Origin: Myxococcales bacterium
Lineage (GTDB): Bacteria > Myxococcota_A > UBA9042
Assembly (NCBI GenBank): GCA_037441385.1
Contig: JBBISH010000010.1
Span: 1 to 64,000 of the forward strand
Reading direction: 5' to 3'
DNA length: 64,000 nt
The notes beneath the pieces were generated by a model. That model saw only the letters and a program-made list of their open reading frames with translations, searched no databases and was not told the DNA's origin. Below are positions 1 to 17,414 of the stretch, in pieces. The translations under genes and the position numbers were made by a program. How positions within the stretch are numbered: position 1 is the stretch's first letter; the number at the start of each line of letters is the position of its first letter.

Positions 1-2
1 GC

Positions 3-2564
3 TCTTCCGATCCCACGCGCTTCTACCCGGTCTATGGCGACGCCTCGACCCAGGTGCAGGACGTGCAGGCGCGCGGCAAGCTGTACGTGCTGGTCGAAGC
101 GGATCAGGGCAAGCTGCAGCTGGGCAATTTCCGCGCGACCGTGCAGGGCATCGAGCTGCTGCGCTACGACCGCGCGCTGTACGGCGCCAAGGTCGAGGCC
201 AAGCTGGGCGCCGCCGGCAGCGAGACCAAGGCGAGTATTTTCGCAGCGATGCAGGACAAGGCGGTGGCGCGGCGGAGCGACGTGCTGCGCGGCACCGGCG
301 GCTCGCTGTACTACACCAGCGGGCGCGATCTGCTGGAAGGCAGCGAAAAGGTGGAGTTGGTCGTCCGCGACCGCAGCTCGGGCCTGGAGATCTCGCGCAT
401 CGCCCAGACCCGCAACACCGACTACACCATCGACTACCGCGAGGGCCGCATCCTGTTCAAGTCGCCGGTGCAGAGCGCGCTCGACGGCTCGTTTGGCATG
501 ATGCAGACCGGCCTGGCCGGCGGGCACCTGTCGTGGAACGGCCAGCCGATCTACGTGGAAGTGGTGTACGAGTCGCGCAGCGTGCAGTCGACCGACGATG
601 CGGCCTTTGGCGGTCAAATCAAGCAGAACCTGGGCCCAGTTACGCTGGGCGCGGGCTACGTGCAAGAAGGCCGCGGCGAGGCGGATCCCACCTTCCGCAG
701 CGTGGGGGCCGACGCCAGCGTCAAGATCGGTCAGCGTGGCAAGGCCACCCTGGAGTATGCCTATAGCCAATCGCGGGATACGCGTCTGTCGGTGAGCGAC
801 GACGGCGGCCTGACCTTTGGCGCGCCGGTGAGCCAAGCGGTGGCGGGCAAGGCCGTAGAAGGCCAGGCGGTCAAGGCGCAAGTGGAAGTGGCGCTTGCGG
901 ATCTGGTCGGCAAGCCGGCGGATCTGCCCAAGGACACCACGCCGACGGACCCGGGTCGCGTGCGCGCCTTCTACCAGTGGGTGCAGCCGGGCTTCCAGTC
1001 GGGCGGTACCATCGCCCAGCAGGGTCAGCAGCGCTTTGGCGTGGACTCGCAGACGGCACTCAGCCCCAAGAACACGCTGACGGTGCGGTACGACGGCCTG
1101 ATCGCCGACGGTAACCAAACTGCGCCGTTTGCTGGGCCGGGTACGCAGTCGCAGTGGGGCGTGGGACCGCTGGCCACCTCGGGCTCGTTCTCAGCCTGGA
1201 CCCACCACTCGGTGGTGCTGCAAGACGCACATAAGCTGGATGCCAAGTGGACCGCGACCGGCGGTGCCGGCTGGGGCTGGAGCTTGAGCGGCGACAACAG
1301 CAGCAACCAGAGCGCCACCGTGGCCTTGGGCGCCGCCTACCGGGCAACCGACCGCCTGACCCTGCGCGGCGATCAGCAAGTGGTGGCGATGGGCGATCCC
1401 TCGCTGGTGCGCGATTGGGGCGACCGCATGATTTCGTCGCTGGGCGCGGAGTACAAGCTGGACAAGACCCTGGCCCTGACGCTGACCGAGCGGCTGGGCT
1501 GGGCGGGCCAGAACTCGACGGCGGCCGGTCTGCGCACCTACATCGACAAGGACACGGCGATCTACGCGCAACAGCGGCTGGAAGACACCCTGCAGACCGG
1601 GCGGCCAGTCAGCGCCACCGTGTTGGGCGCCGAGTCGCGCTACGGGGCCGACCAGTTGAGCCGCGCCTACGCCGAGTACCAAGTCGACGCGCTGAACAGC
1701 GGCGCCATGAACCGCGCCACCATGGGCGTGGGCAAGCGCTTCCTGGTGGCGCCGGGCCTGACGCTGGACGCCGGCTACGAGCGGCAGCAAGTGTTCTCGG
1801 GGCCGAGCGGGACGCTGGGCCGCGATGCGCTGAGCGTGGGCGGCGAGTGGCTGCGGCCCGAGTGGTGGAAGGTGACGACCCGCCAAGAAGTCCGCATGGA
1901 CTCGGCAGATGCCGGCACGGGTGCTCAGCAGAAGTTGCAGGTACTGAGCCTGAACAACGGCCAGCTGATGGTCAGCCGCAGCCTGACGCTGTTTGTGCGC
2001 GCCAACTACCTGCGCACCCAGAACCAGACCCTGAACACGACCGAGACCGAGTCGCTCGAGTCGACCCTGGGCTTGGCGCTGCGGCCGGTGCACACCAACT
2101 GGCTCAACCTCATTGGCAAGCTGACGCGGTTGGCCGAGCTGCGGCCGGCGACGACCGAGACCGGGCCGCAAGAGCGCTCGGACAAGTGGATCGCTGCGCT
2201 GGAGCCGACCGCCGAGCTGCCGTACCGGCTGCAGCTGTCGCTGAAGGGCGCGTTCCAGCGCAGCACCGAGCTGCTGACCGACCTGTACCAGAGCCACGCG
2301 GTCGACAAGGTGCTGGGCGTGGCGCGGATGGGCTGGCACGCGAGCCAAGTGGTGGACGTGGCGGCCGAATACCGCTACCTGACCACGCCGCAGCTGGGCG
2401 ACAGCAAGCACGGCGCCCTGCTCGAGACCGCCTACCTGATTGCCAAGGCGGTGCGCGTGGGTGTGGGCTACAACTTCAGCCACATCGTCCAGACGCCGCA
2501 AGGGGCGATTCAAGAGACTAGCAGCCCCGGCGGGTTCTACGTGCGGCTGCTGGGCATGTACTAG
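3..2564 (+). CDS. Large outer-membrane beta-barrel protein, C-terminal part (5' truncated by window edge)
   Basis: Frame is open from base 3 (SSDPTRFYPVYGDAS...GKLYV). It has alternating amphipathic strands throughout and a terminal strand GFYVRLLGMY. The YPVYGD motif resembles large DUF11/OmpA-associated outer-membrane proteins. Confidence 0.8.
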   Translation, partial: SSDPTRFYPVYGDASTQVQDVQARGKLYVLVEADQGKLQLGNFRATVQGIELLRYDRALYGAKVEAKLGAAGSETKASIFAAMQDKAVARRSDVLRGTGGSLYYTSGRDLLEGSEKVELVVRDRSSGLEISRIAQTRNTDYTIDYREGRILFKSPVQSALDGSFGMMQTGLAGGHLSWNGQPIYVEVVYESRSVQSTDDAAFGGQIKQNLGPVTLGAGYVQEGRGEADPTFRSVGADASVKIGQRGKATLEYAYSQSRDTRLSVSDDGGLTFGAPVSQAVAGKAVEGQAVKAQVEVALADLVGKPADLPKDTTPTDPGRVRAFYQWVQPGFQSGGTIAQQGQQRFGVDSQTALSPKNTLTVRYDGLIADGNQTAPFAGPGTQSQWGVGPLATSGSFSAWTHHSVVLQDAHKLDAKWTATGGAGWGWSLSGDNSSNQSATVALGAAYRATDRLTLRGDQQVVAMGDPSLVRDWGDRMISSLGAEYKLDKTLALTLTERLGWAGQNSTAAGLRTYIDKDTAIYAQQRLEDTLQTGRPVSATVLGAESRYGADQLSRAYAEYQVDALNSGAMNRATMGVGKRFLVAPGLTLDAGYERQQVFSGPSGTLGRDALSVGGEWLRPEWWKVTTRQEVRMDSADAGTGAQQKLQVLSLNNGQLMVSRSLTLFVRANYLRTQNQTLNTTETESLESTLGLALRPVHTNWLNLIGKLTRLAELRPATTETGPQERSDKWIAALEPTAELPYRLQLSLKGAFQRSTELLTDLYQSHAVDKVLGVARMGWHASQVVDVAAEYRYLTTPQLGDSKHGALLETAYLIAKAVRVGVGYNFSHIVQTPQGAIQETSSPGGFYVRLLGMY

Positions 2565-2634
2565 AACACCAATCACAAATCTCCGAGGTTCAGAGCAACG
2601 AGACCACTCGCTGACGAAAACTCGTTGATGCTCA

Positions 2635-2766
2635 TACGAACCCCGTCTGATTCACGCCTGTACGGCTTCTCTGACCCGGTCTGCAACCGGCGAGAATCAG
2701 GCGGGGACCCCGGTTCGGGCCCGAAGAATTGCCCGAGTTTTCGATCCGATTCGGACGGAACTGGTA
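2635..2766 (+). mobile_element. 132-bp MITE-like repeat, copy A (full length)
   Basis: TACGAACCCC...GGAACTGGTA. Near-identical to 42057-42188 and to the reverse complement of 54238-54369. Flanks TCA/TTA. Confidence 0.85.
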
Positions 2767-2951
2767 TTACTGCTCATTATGTTCAGAATTTGCCTCACTT
2801 GTCCGCGTCCCCAGCCCCAAGTGGGGCGCAGGCGAGCGCCTGGGTCGAATTGGCCAGGCGGCGTCTGCTGGTTTGGGCTTGACGGCCAAATCGGTTGACG
2901 GCATGGTGGGTTCCACAGGGTGCGCCGAGTGAGCCACCTGTGGAGCGGCCG

Positions 2952-4811
2952 ATGACGGAGCCAAACCTGTCCACGTCGGCCGTGCTGCGCGTCCGCGCCG
3001 CAACCAGGTGCTGGGTTTTGGCGCTCGGCTGGGTCGCACTGGTCTGCGCCGCGCCGACCGCCCTTGCCCTGGAACCCGACCGGCTGGTCGGCTCAGTGGC
3101 TCTGGCGGGGTTGTTTCCCGGGGCGCTGCAGCGACCAGTCTACTGGTCTGGCACGTCCAAGCCGGTCGGCCAGGACTATGCCATTGGCCTGCGCGCCCGC
3201 GCTTCGCTGTCCCGCTTGGGCGTGGGTCTGCGGGCGGATCTGAACAGTGTGCCAGACGGGCGCGCGTACGGCCGCTTGCTGGCCGAGGCGCACAGCGCCT
3301 ACGTGATGGGCGGCGTGGGCTTGGGCGTGCTGCCGGGCATTGGCTCGAATTGGGCGGTGCGCTTGCCGATGTGGCTCCAGGTGGGCACGCCGGCCCTGCA
3401 TGTGCGGGCGCGGGTGCGCGACGGCGGGCCCACGGTCGACCCCCGCGATGCCTTTGCCATTGCGGTGGGAACGCAGCAGGCTGTGCTCAGTTCGCGAATG
3501 TCTGCCGAGCTGGGCTGGGGCACCACTGTGGTCGGCTCCGGGCCCGAACTGACCTTGGCGGCGGGCTATTCGCACTGGGTGGGCCTTTTGCAGGTGCGGC
3601 AGTTGGGCGAGACCGACCAGGGGACCCGCGTGTGGCAGGTGGGGGTGGCGCTGCAAATGAGCATGACGGCGGAGATCCCTGGAACGGCTGTGCCAGAGAT
3701 GGACGAAGTGGCCGCGGTCGAGGTGGGGCCTGTGGCCGAGACGATGGACCAGGTGCTGCAGCCGGGGACCCTGCTCAAGCTCGTCACCAAGCGCAACGCG
3801 CGTGGCGCCGAAAGCCAGACGGCCCTCTGCCTCGCCGACGAGGCCACCCAGGCCGGCGACGAGACCTGGTATCACCTGACCTGTTCGCCGGAATTGCCCA
3901 GCAACAGCCCGCCGGCCTGGCGCACGGGCTGCTACGTGGTGCGACAAGAGGGGATCTGGCGTATGCCGGCTTGCCCCGGCGAGGCACGTCCCAGCGGCGT
4001 CCGCGCGGAACTGATCGTCCCCGCAAACTTGTCCGAAGTCAGCAACAAGTTCATCGACCTTGGTGCGCTCGCCAGCCAACCGCGGACGTTCCGCATCGAC
4101 GGCGCGACGGTCGAGGCCGCTTGCGTTGTGCGCGCAACGGAGCGCGTCACCGAGACCTGTTACGCCGCCAACCTGGGGCTGGTCTGGTCGGCTTGGTACT
4201 GGCCCGCCCGCAACGGGGGCAACGGCGAGGCCCGCGCCGTCAAGCTGGTGGGCGTGGCGCGCGACATGCCCATCGACGACAGTGCGCCGCACCTGCGCGG
4301 CTTGCAGGACAACAGCGCCAAGTGTCTGTTTGGCGCGAGCTGCGCGATGTTTGGCCAATGCAGCGTAGTGCACGAGGAATGCCAGGCCCGCAGTCGCGCC
4401 GACTGCACTCAGTCGGCCGTATGCGCACGCTGGGGGCGCTGCACTCCCAAGCGGGGGGCCTGCGTGGCCGCCACCAGCGACGACTGTGTCAAGTCGTTGG
4501 ACTGCCAAGAAAATGGCGCCTGTTCCGTCGACGGCGACCGCTGCGTAGCCCGCGGCCCGGATTGCGTCGCCACACCCGCATGCCGGTTGCTGGGGCGCTG
4601 CACGGCGGTGGCTGGCCGGTGTCGCCTGGTCAGCGATGCCGACTGCCGCACCTCACAGCAGTGCCAGCGCGACGGCCAATGCCACCTGCGCGGCGGCATC
4701 TGCTGGGCCAACGACGACGCGGATTGCGCCGCCAGCGAAGGCTGCACCGCATTTGGCCAGTGCCGGGCCCAAGACGGTCGCTGTACCAGCGACAGCGATG
4801 AGGCGCCATGA
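2952..4811 (+). CDS. Secreted protein with beta-rich N-terminal domain and six C-terminal 4-Cys repeats
   Basis: ATG 2952 follows GGAG. Signal-peptide-like segment ends ...PTALA. Repeats C-x5-C-x3-G-x-C-x6-C lie at 4323-4784. Stop overlaps the next start (ATGA). Confidence 0.8.
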   Translation: MTEPNLSTSAVLRVRAATRCWVLALGWVALVCAAPTALALEPDRLVGSVALAGLFPGALQRPVYWSGTSKPVGQDYAIGLRARASLSRLGVGLRADLNSVPDGRAYGRLLAEAHSAYVMGGVGLGVLPGIGSNWAVRLPMWLQVGTPALHVRARVRDGGPTVDPRDAFAIAVGTQQAVLSSRMSAELGWGTTVVGSGPELTLAAGYSHWVGLLQVRQLGETDQGTRVWQVGVALQMSMTAEIPGTAVPEMDEVAAVEVGPVAETMDQVLQPGTLLKLVTKRNARGAESQTALCLADEATQAGDETWYHLTCSPELPSNSPPAWRTGCYVVRQEGIWRMPACPGEARPSGVRAELIVPANLSEVSNKFIDLGALASQPRTFRIDGATVEAACVVRATERVTETCYAANLGLVWSAWYWPARNGGNGEARAVKLVGVARDMPIDDSAPHLRGLQDNSAKCLFGASCAMFGQCSVVHEECQARSRADCTQSAVCARWGRCTPKRGACVAATSDDCVKSLDCQENGACSVDGDRCVARGPDCVATPACRLLGRCTAVAGRCRLVSDADCRTSQQCQRDGQCHLRGGICWANDDADCAASEGCTAFGQCRAQDGRCTSDSDEAP

Positions 4812-6166
4812 AGTACGCGAACGTGGCGCTCGCGCTTGGGTTCCTGGTGGCCACGGCCTGCGACGGCTGGGTGGACGTGCCGTCGCAGTTCAGCGATCTC
4901 CCGCCCCAGGTCGAGTCGGGTGCGGGGCCCGGTTCGGGGTACTGCTTCAACGTTGCCGCCAACGCGGTGCCGCAGCCGCTCCAGATCCACGTGTCGGGCA
5001 AGACGGTCGCCGACAAGGCGGTGATCACGGTCGACGTCCACGGGCTGCCATTTGCTCATCCCATCGACGTGTATGGCCTGCTGCACTACACCGGGCCGGA
5101 CGACGGCGCGCCTTGGTATGTGGACCCGCCCGCCGTGACGGACCCTGCCGTCTTCCAGACGGACCAGGATTACGGCTGGCATTCCCTGTCGTATCCCCTT
5201 CGACTCGACTCGACCGCGCGGCACGAATGCCCTCAGAATACAGGCGATTTCGAGGTCTTTGACACGCGGAAGTTCCGAATCCGGCGGTTTTTTGACGGGC
5301 CTCTGGCCAACTCGCCCGTCCAGGTCAGCCTGCACGCCGAAGCGCACGCTCTTGGGAAAGCGACTCCGCTGGCCACCCTTGACCGAAAAATGACGGTGAA
5401 TTTCACCGACATCCCTTCGACAGCGCAGTACTGGCCCAAGGGGCCGCTGGTGCTGGTGCGGCGGGCCGGCAATTCGTGCGGCGATGCCTTTGTCCACGCC
5501 ATCAACCTGGGCGACGGTCACGCTCCGGTGGGCGGGCTGCAAATCCACAACGGTTCTGCCAATTTGAACGTGCGCACGCTCTTGCAGTGGCTGCCCGACC
5601 AAGACAGCAAGCCCGAATGGAAGGCCATCGAAGCGCATGACGGGGTGGTGGCGTTGCCCAGCGGCTGGCAGATCGACGCCCGTGCGGACCAAATCTGGCA
5701 CGTGCAGTACTGCCCCGCGAGCGACGATCCTCCCCTGGATGCCAGCCTGTCCTTGCTCCAGGATCCGGCCACGACTTGGACCATCGACGCCAGTTCCGCC
5801 GTTGTGCGCAGTGGTTGCCTGCGCGTCGCCCAGGGGGATCCGCTGGATCTGACGGCCGCACCTTGGGTGGACCTGAAGGACGGCCATGGTCTCAAGGTCG
5901 ACCTGTTCAATGTGTGCGATCACAGCGAGCTTGTGGGCGCCTTTCAGGGTTTTGGCTCGCCGCACATCCACTTTTCGGCAGCACCCTTTGGGCCGTTCCT
6001 AGAGGCCAAGAATTTTGGCGAGAGCGTCCTCGTCGATGCCCACAAATCGGTGCCGCTGTATGTGGCCTACGAGTTCGACGAGGCGGGGCTCCCGGACGAG
6101 ATCAGCGCGACTTTGCTCGCCAGCAACGGCGCGCAGTTTCACTTTGCGGCGCACAAGCTCAAGTAG
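4808..6166 (+). CDS. Hypothetical lipoprotein
   Basis: MKYANVALALGFLVATAC lipobox; translationally coupled to the upstream gene. Confidence 0.8.
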   Translation: MKYANVALALGFLVATACDGWVDVPSQFSDLPPQVESGAGPGSGYCFNVAANAVPQPLQIHVSGKTVADKAVITVDVHGLPFAHPIDVYGLLHYTGPDDGAPWYVDPPAVTDPAVFQTDQDYGWHSLSYPLRLDSTARHECPQNTGDFEVFDTRKFRIRRFFDGPLANSPVQVSLHAEAHALGKATPLATLDRKMTVNFTDIPSTAQYWPKGPLVLVRRAGNSCGDAFVHAINLGDGHAPVGGLQIHNGSANLNVRTLLQWLPDQDSKPEWKAIEAHDGVVALPSGWQIDARADQIWHVQYCPASDDPPLDASLSLLQDPATTWTIDASSAVVRSGCLRVAQGDPLDLTAAPWVDLKDGHGLKVDLFNVCDHSELVGAFQGFGSPHIHFSAAPFGPFLEAKNFGESVLVDAHKSVPLYVAYEFDEAGLPDEISATLLASNGAQFHFAAHKLK

Positions 6167-6241
6167 TCGGTCGATTCTCGTGTGGCGCACTGCGCAGGCG
6201 GCCAGCGCTCGGCAACGGCAGCCGCGGCGCTCGCCTGGGCT

Positions 6242-6675
6242 CTATGGCGTCCCCAAGCACATCCCGCCGACGCAGACGTCTTGGTGAGTGGGTTGCCGTC
6301 GTCGCACGCCGCGCCGTCGTTCTGGGCCTTCTTGCTGCAGCCCTTGACGCTGTCGCAGAACTCGGCGGTGCAAGGGTTGCCATCGTCGACGCAAGTCAAC
6401 GCGTTGCCGTTGCAGGACGCGCTGGAGTCGCAGGTGTCGTCCGTGGTACATGGGTTGCCGTCATTGCACGCCTCGCCGGGGGCTTTCTTGGTCGTTGAAC
6501 ACTCGCCCTTGCCTGCGGCCGGATCGCAGGCCGCGATCGTGCACGGGTTGCCATCGTCCGGGCACGCGACTGGCTGCCCGCCCTGGCACTTGCCACCGAC
6601 TGCGCACTTGTCCTGCACAGTACAGGGATCCTTGTCATTGCATGGCGTTCCGGCCACGGCGTTGGCGCCCGACAC
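6242..6675 (-). pseudogene. Truncated, frameshifted Cys-rich repeat protein (CDDGNPCT repeats)
   Basis: Reads PCNDKDPCTVQDKC...CDDGNPLTK, then continues in another frame as DVCVGGMCLGTP-stop (about 1 nt missing near 6280). No N-terminal region or signal peptide. Confidence 0.7.
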
Positions 6676-6697
6676 CCTGCAGCCCGAGAGGATTGCC

Positions 6698-7246
6698 GTG
6701 ATCAAGCCAGCTTCGGATCGTGCACTGTTCGCCGCCAGTGGCCTTGTCGCTGGGTTGCTCGCCCTGTTGCCGTCGTGCGAGTCGGGCCCCAGCGCCGGGG
6801 TGTCCACGGCAACCCAGCCAGCCTGCATCGCGGACCACCCGGCGGGGGCTGTGGCGACGGCTGCGGCCCTGGCGCAGCAGGCCACCTGTGTGCAAGACCA
6901 GGGGACGGGCTGCCAAGCCAGCCAATTCATCTCGCAAGCGGCCGCGGAGTGCCTGGCGCAGCAGGCGGGGCTGGCCGCCGGAATCGCACCGTGGCGCAGT
7001 GACCTGTCGTACCACTAAGGCGACAAGACCGTGCGGTGGAACGTGCGGAATACACTACAGGACGACGGTTTGGCCACCAAGAGTGGCAATGGCGTGGCGG
7101 TGCACGCGACGACCGACAAAGTCCTGGAGCACTTTGGCTGGGGGCAGATACCCAAGGTCTTGACAGGCTCGGCAATTGACGGAGTGCAGCCAAAACAGCG
7201 AGTAACGCCCATTTGGCATGGCCTCGGATCGCATTTCTCTGGCTGA
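6698..7246 (+). pseudogene. Lipoprotein interrupted by in-frame TAA
   Basis: GAGAGGA RBS then GTG 6698; lipobox LLPSC. TAA at 7016-7018 is followed in the same frame by GDKTVRWNVRNTL... to 7246. Confidence 0.6.
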
Positions 7247-7556
7247 GGCCTGGTCCACCATGTCGCACGTTTCCGCCCGGTTGCATTGTCTGGGTGTGCG
7301 ACGGTCCGGTACCCGCGCGCAACGGGCGCAGGTTGCAGCGGGTCACAGGTGCCCGGCCTTGTCACTTCTGCATTTCTGCATTTCGCAGCAAGCCGCCGCC
7401 GCCCCTCGGGTCAGCGTCTTTGACCGGTCCTTATCGCAGGCCTTTACTTCGCCCGGCACGTGCTGGCCAGCGCTCGGTCGCCGGCGTTTGGCCCTGCCAA
7501 GCTAATTTAGCCGTGGTCCATGCGATCGAGGCGCGGCCGAGTAGTGGGAGTCTGCC

Positions 7557-12815
<5,259 letters not shown>

Positions 12816-13260
12816 CGCGCCTAGCGCCACGTCTTGTGCGGAGGTAACTGGCTGAAATCGAACGAATTCGCTTCGGTCGACTTTCGGCCAGTTGCACAAA
12901 CGAAACAGGCGAGAAGACTGACGGAGTGTAATAATAGCAGCTAGTATGTGTACAGGTGCATGTAGGTCGACTCGATTTCCCCGACAGGCTCCTGGAGCAC
13001 CGATGAACCACCCGAGTCCCCAGGGCCGGCGTCGCGGCGAGTCGCTGAAGCCGCCCGCTTGCGCCCCACCATGGGGCTAGAGCCGTGGCCGGGAGTGGCG
13101 CAGCACCAGTCCTCGAACGCCGACTGTGAAGCGGGAGCGGCGCACACCCTGACCGCCAGTCCCAGTTCGGAACTTTGGCCCTACCCCGCGTTGACGCTGA
13201 GGTCGGCGGCGACGTAGGCTCGTTGGACGGGGCCGAGTCGCCCGACAGAGCGGGTGCCAC

Positions 13261-14328
13261 GTGGGCGATGCCTTGAGGTGGTTTTGGACACGAGGACTTG
13301 CGCGCCACTGGTCCCGTGCCTCCTGGCGCCAGGGGGCCCTCGCGGGGCTTTGCTGGCTGTCGTTGTCTTGCACCGAGCCCTCGCCCAGCACCACGGTCCC
13401 TGACTTGCAGAACCACTCCACGGACCGTGGGTCGTCCAAGGCCTGCGGCCGGGCCAGCGCCTACGACTCGGACGCCCTGATGGCCGACGTGACCTACCTG
13501 GCCGCGCCGGCGCTCGATGGGCGCCTACCTGGGAGTCCGGGCGACGTGGCGACGCGCAAGTTCCTGACCGACCGCTTTGCCTGCCTCCAGCTCGCCAAGG
13601 TGCCCGGACTGGCCACCTACGAGCAGCCGTTCACCAACGACGACGGCCAGCCGACCGCGAGCGTGTTGGGCTGGATCGAGGGCAGCGACGCGCAGCTGAA
13701 AGCGGAAGTGATCGTGGTCGCGGCCCATCATGACCACCTGGGGAGCGGCCACCTGGGCGCCAACGACGACGCGACGGGGGTGGCAGCGCTCCTTGCGATC
13801 GCGCACGAGTTGGCGACGGCCGCGACCGCGCCCAAGCGCAGCGTTCTGCTGGCGGCCTTTGGGTCGGAAGAGACCGGGTTCGAGGGCTCGGCCTACTTCG
13901 TCAAGCACCCGCCGCAAGGGGTAGACCCCAGCAAGATCGTCTATGCGATCAACATGGACATGCTGGGCTCGTACACGGCGGCGGGGCAGCTCGACATGCT
14001 GGGGGCCTTGGACGGCAGCTACGGCAAGCAGGTCACCCTGGCGCACCAGAGCGAGTTCCAGAGCCTGACCATTAGCACGGGCGACGGCAGCAATGTCTCG
14101 GACAACGTGACATTTTGCTCGCGAGGAATCCCCTACCTGTTCCCGTGGACCGAGGACAAGGCCTGCTACCACAAGACCTGCGACACCGTTGATCGCGTGG
14201 ATGTGCCGCACTTTGCCCAAATCGCGCGGCTGATCGGCGCGCTGACCCGCGACCTGGCCGACACGACTCACAACCTAGCCGGAGACCTTCAGCCAGGCAA
14301 AGACGTTTGTGGTGTGACCGGGAACTGA
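13261..14328 (+). CDS. M28 family metallopeptidase, probable lipoprotein
   Basis: AAHHDH, GANDDATG, SEETG, NMDM and YHKTCD motifs; LSLSC lipobox. Start uncertain. Confidence 0.9.
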   Translation: MGDALRWFWTRGLARHWSRASWRQGALAGLCWLSLSCTEPSPSTTVPDLQNHSTDRGSSKACGRASAYDSDALMADVTYLAAPALDGRLPGSPGDVATRKFLTDRFACLQLAKVPGLATYEQPFTNDDGQPTASVLGWIEGSDAQLKAEVIVVAAHHDHLGSGHLGANDDATGVAALLAIAHELATAATAPKRSVLLAAFGSEETGFEGSAYFVKHPPQGVDPSKIVYAINMDMLGSYTAAGQLDMLGALDGSYGKQVTLAHQSEFQSLTISTGDGSNVSDNVTFCSRGIPYLFPWTEDKACYHKTCDTVDRVDVPHFAQIARLIGALTRDLADTTHNLAGDLQPGKDVCGVTGN

Positions 14329-14432
14329 AGGGCCAGCGTGGCCGCGCCGGACGAAGGGGGCGTGCCTCGCCGACGCACAGGTCGAAGTGCTGCAATTTCA
14401 GTAAGTAGAAATTGCCCCCCAACCTCCGACTC

Positions 14433-15455
14433 TTAGGCGCCCACCACCCAGCTGCTGCGGCCGTCCAGGAGCTTTTGCAGGTCGGCCTTCTTGCTCTGCT
14501 GGATCTCGGCCACCTGATTGCAGATCAGTTGGTCGAACACGGGCCGGGCATTGCTGCGCAGCACGCCCATCGGCATCGGGAACTCCGGCCACTCCATCCG
14601 GCCCAGCAAGAACGCGCGGGTCGGGTCGGTGTCGTGGGCGTCGTGCACCCAGGCGTCGGCTTCGGTCAGGCCGTTTTCGCCGATGGTGAACACCTCGGGC
14701 CGCGTGCCGACCAGGCGGATGCCCTTGTCGCGCTTCTGGCCGTAGATCATCGGCTTGCCGTGTTCGAGCAGGATGGTGCGGTCAGCGCGGAATTCCTTCT
14801 GCGCCAGTTCGTCCCAGGCGCCGTCGTTGAAGATCACGCAGTTCTGCAGGATCTCGATGAAGGCCGTGCCGTGGAAGGCCGCCGCCGCCGCCAGGACATC
14901 GCCCGCGGTCTTGGCGTCGACGTCGATGAAGCGCGCCACAAAAGCCGCCTCGGCGCCCACCGCCAACTGCAGCGGGTAGAACGGGTGATCCACCGAGCCG
15001 TACGGCGACGACTTGGTCTTCTTGCCGAACTCGGAGGTTGGCGAGAACTGGCCCTTGGTCAGACCGTAGATCTTGTTGTTGAACATCATGATCTTCAGGT
15101 CCACGTTGCGGCGCAGGGCGTGGATGAAGTGGTTGCCGCCGATCGACAGCGCGTCGCCATCGCCGGTGGCCACCCATACCTGCAGCTCCGGGCGCGCCAC
15201 TTTGAGGCCGGTGGCGATCGCCGGGGCGCGGCCGTGGATGGTGTGGAAGCCGTAGGTGCTCATGTAGTAAGGGAAACGCGACGAGCAGCCGATGCCGGCG
15301 ATGGTCACCACCTTGTGCGCGGGGATGCCCTGCTTGGCCAGGGCGCGCTGCACGCCGGCCAAGATGGCGTAGTCGCCGCAGCCGGGGCACCAACGGACTT
15401 CCTGGTCGCTTTGGAAGTCCTTGGGCTTGAGATCGACACGATTGAGTTCAGTCAT
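14433..15455 (-). CDS. korB: 2-oxoacid:ferredoxin oxidoreductase beta subunit
   Basis: WCPGCGD, GIGCSS, HGRA, TPP-binding GDGD...NNKIYGLTKGQ. Confidence 0.95.
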   Translation of the reverse strand: MTELNRVDLKPKDFQSDQEVRWCPGCGDYAILAGVQRALAKQGIPAHKVVTIAGIGCSSRFPYYMSTYGFHTIHGRAPAIATGLKVARPELQVWVATGDGDALSIGGNHFIHALRRNVDLKIMMFNNKIYGLTKGQFSPTSEFGKKTKSSPYGSVDHPFYPLQLAVGAEAAFVARFIDVDAKTAGDVLAAAAAFHGTAFIEILQNCVIFNDGAWDELAQKEFRADRTILLEHGKPMIYGQKRDKGIRLVGTRPEVFTIGENGLTEADAWVHDAHDTDPTRAFLLGRMEWPEFPMPMGVLRSNARPVFDQLICNQVAEIQQSKKADLQKLLDGRSSWVVGA

Positions 15456-15527
15456 GGAGTCCTCGACGATTCGTTCAGAGAATTCGGGTTACGTTTCGGG
15501 ACGCGTCGTGCCACTGGCTGGGCAGGT

Positions 15528-17414
<1,887 letters not shown>

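Noticed and set aside
2593..2633. Imperfect hairpin GAGCAACGAG...CTCGTTGATGCTC after the first gene
   Set aside because: Large loop and no U-tract, so it is not called a terminator.
2625..2882. Short ORFs spanning the repeat (also 42044-42310)
   Set aside because: They arise from the stop-free frames of the element; no independent RBS or coding signal.
7366..7383. Short TTCTGCA(T) duplication
   Set aside because: Too short to distinguish from chance slippage.
12816..13260. Long intergenic region checked for a riboswitch, ncRNA or another element copy
   Set aside because: Only a 10-bp match (GCCAGTTGCA) to the element and no recognisable RNA motif.
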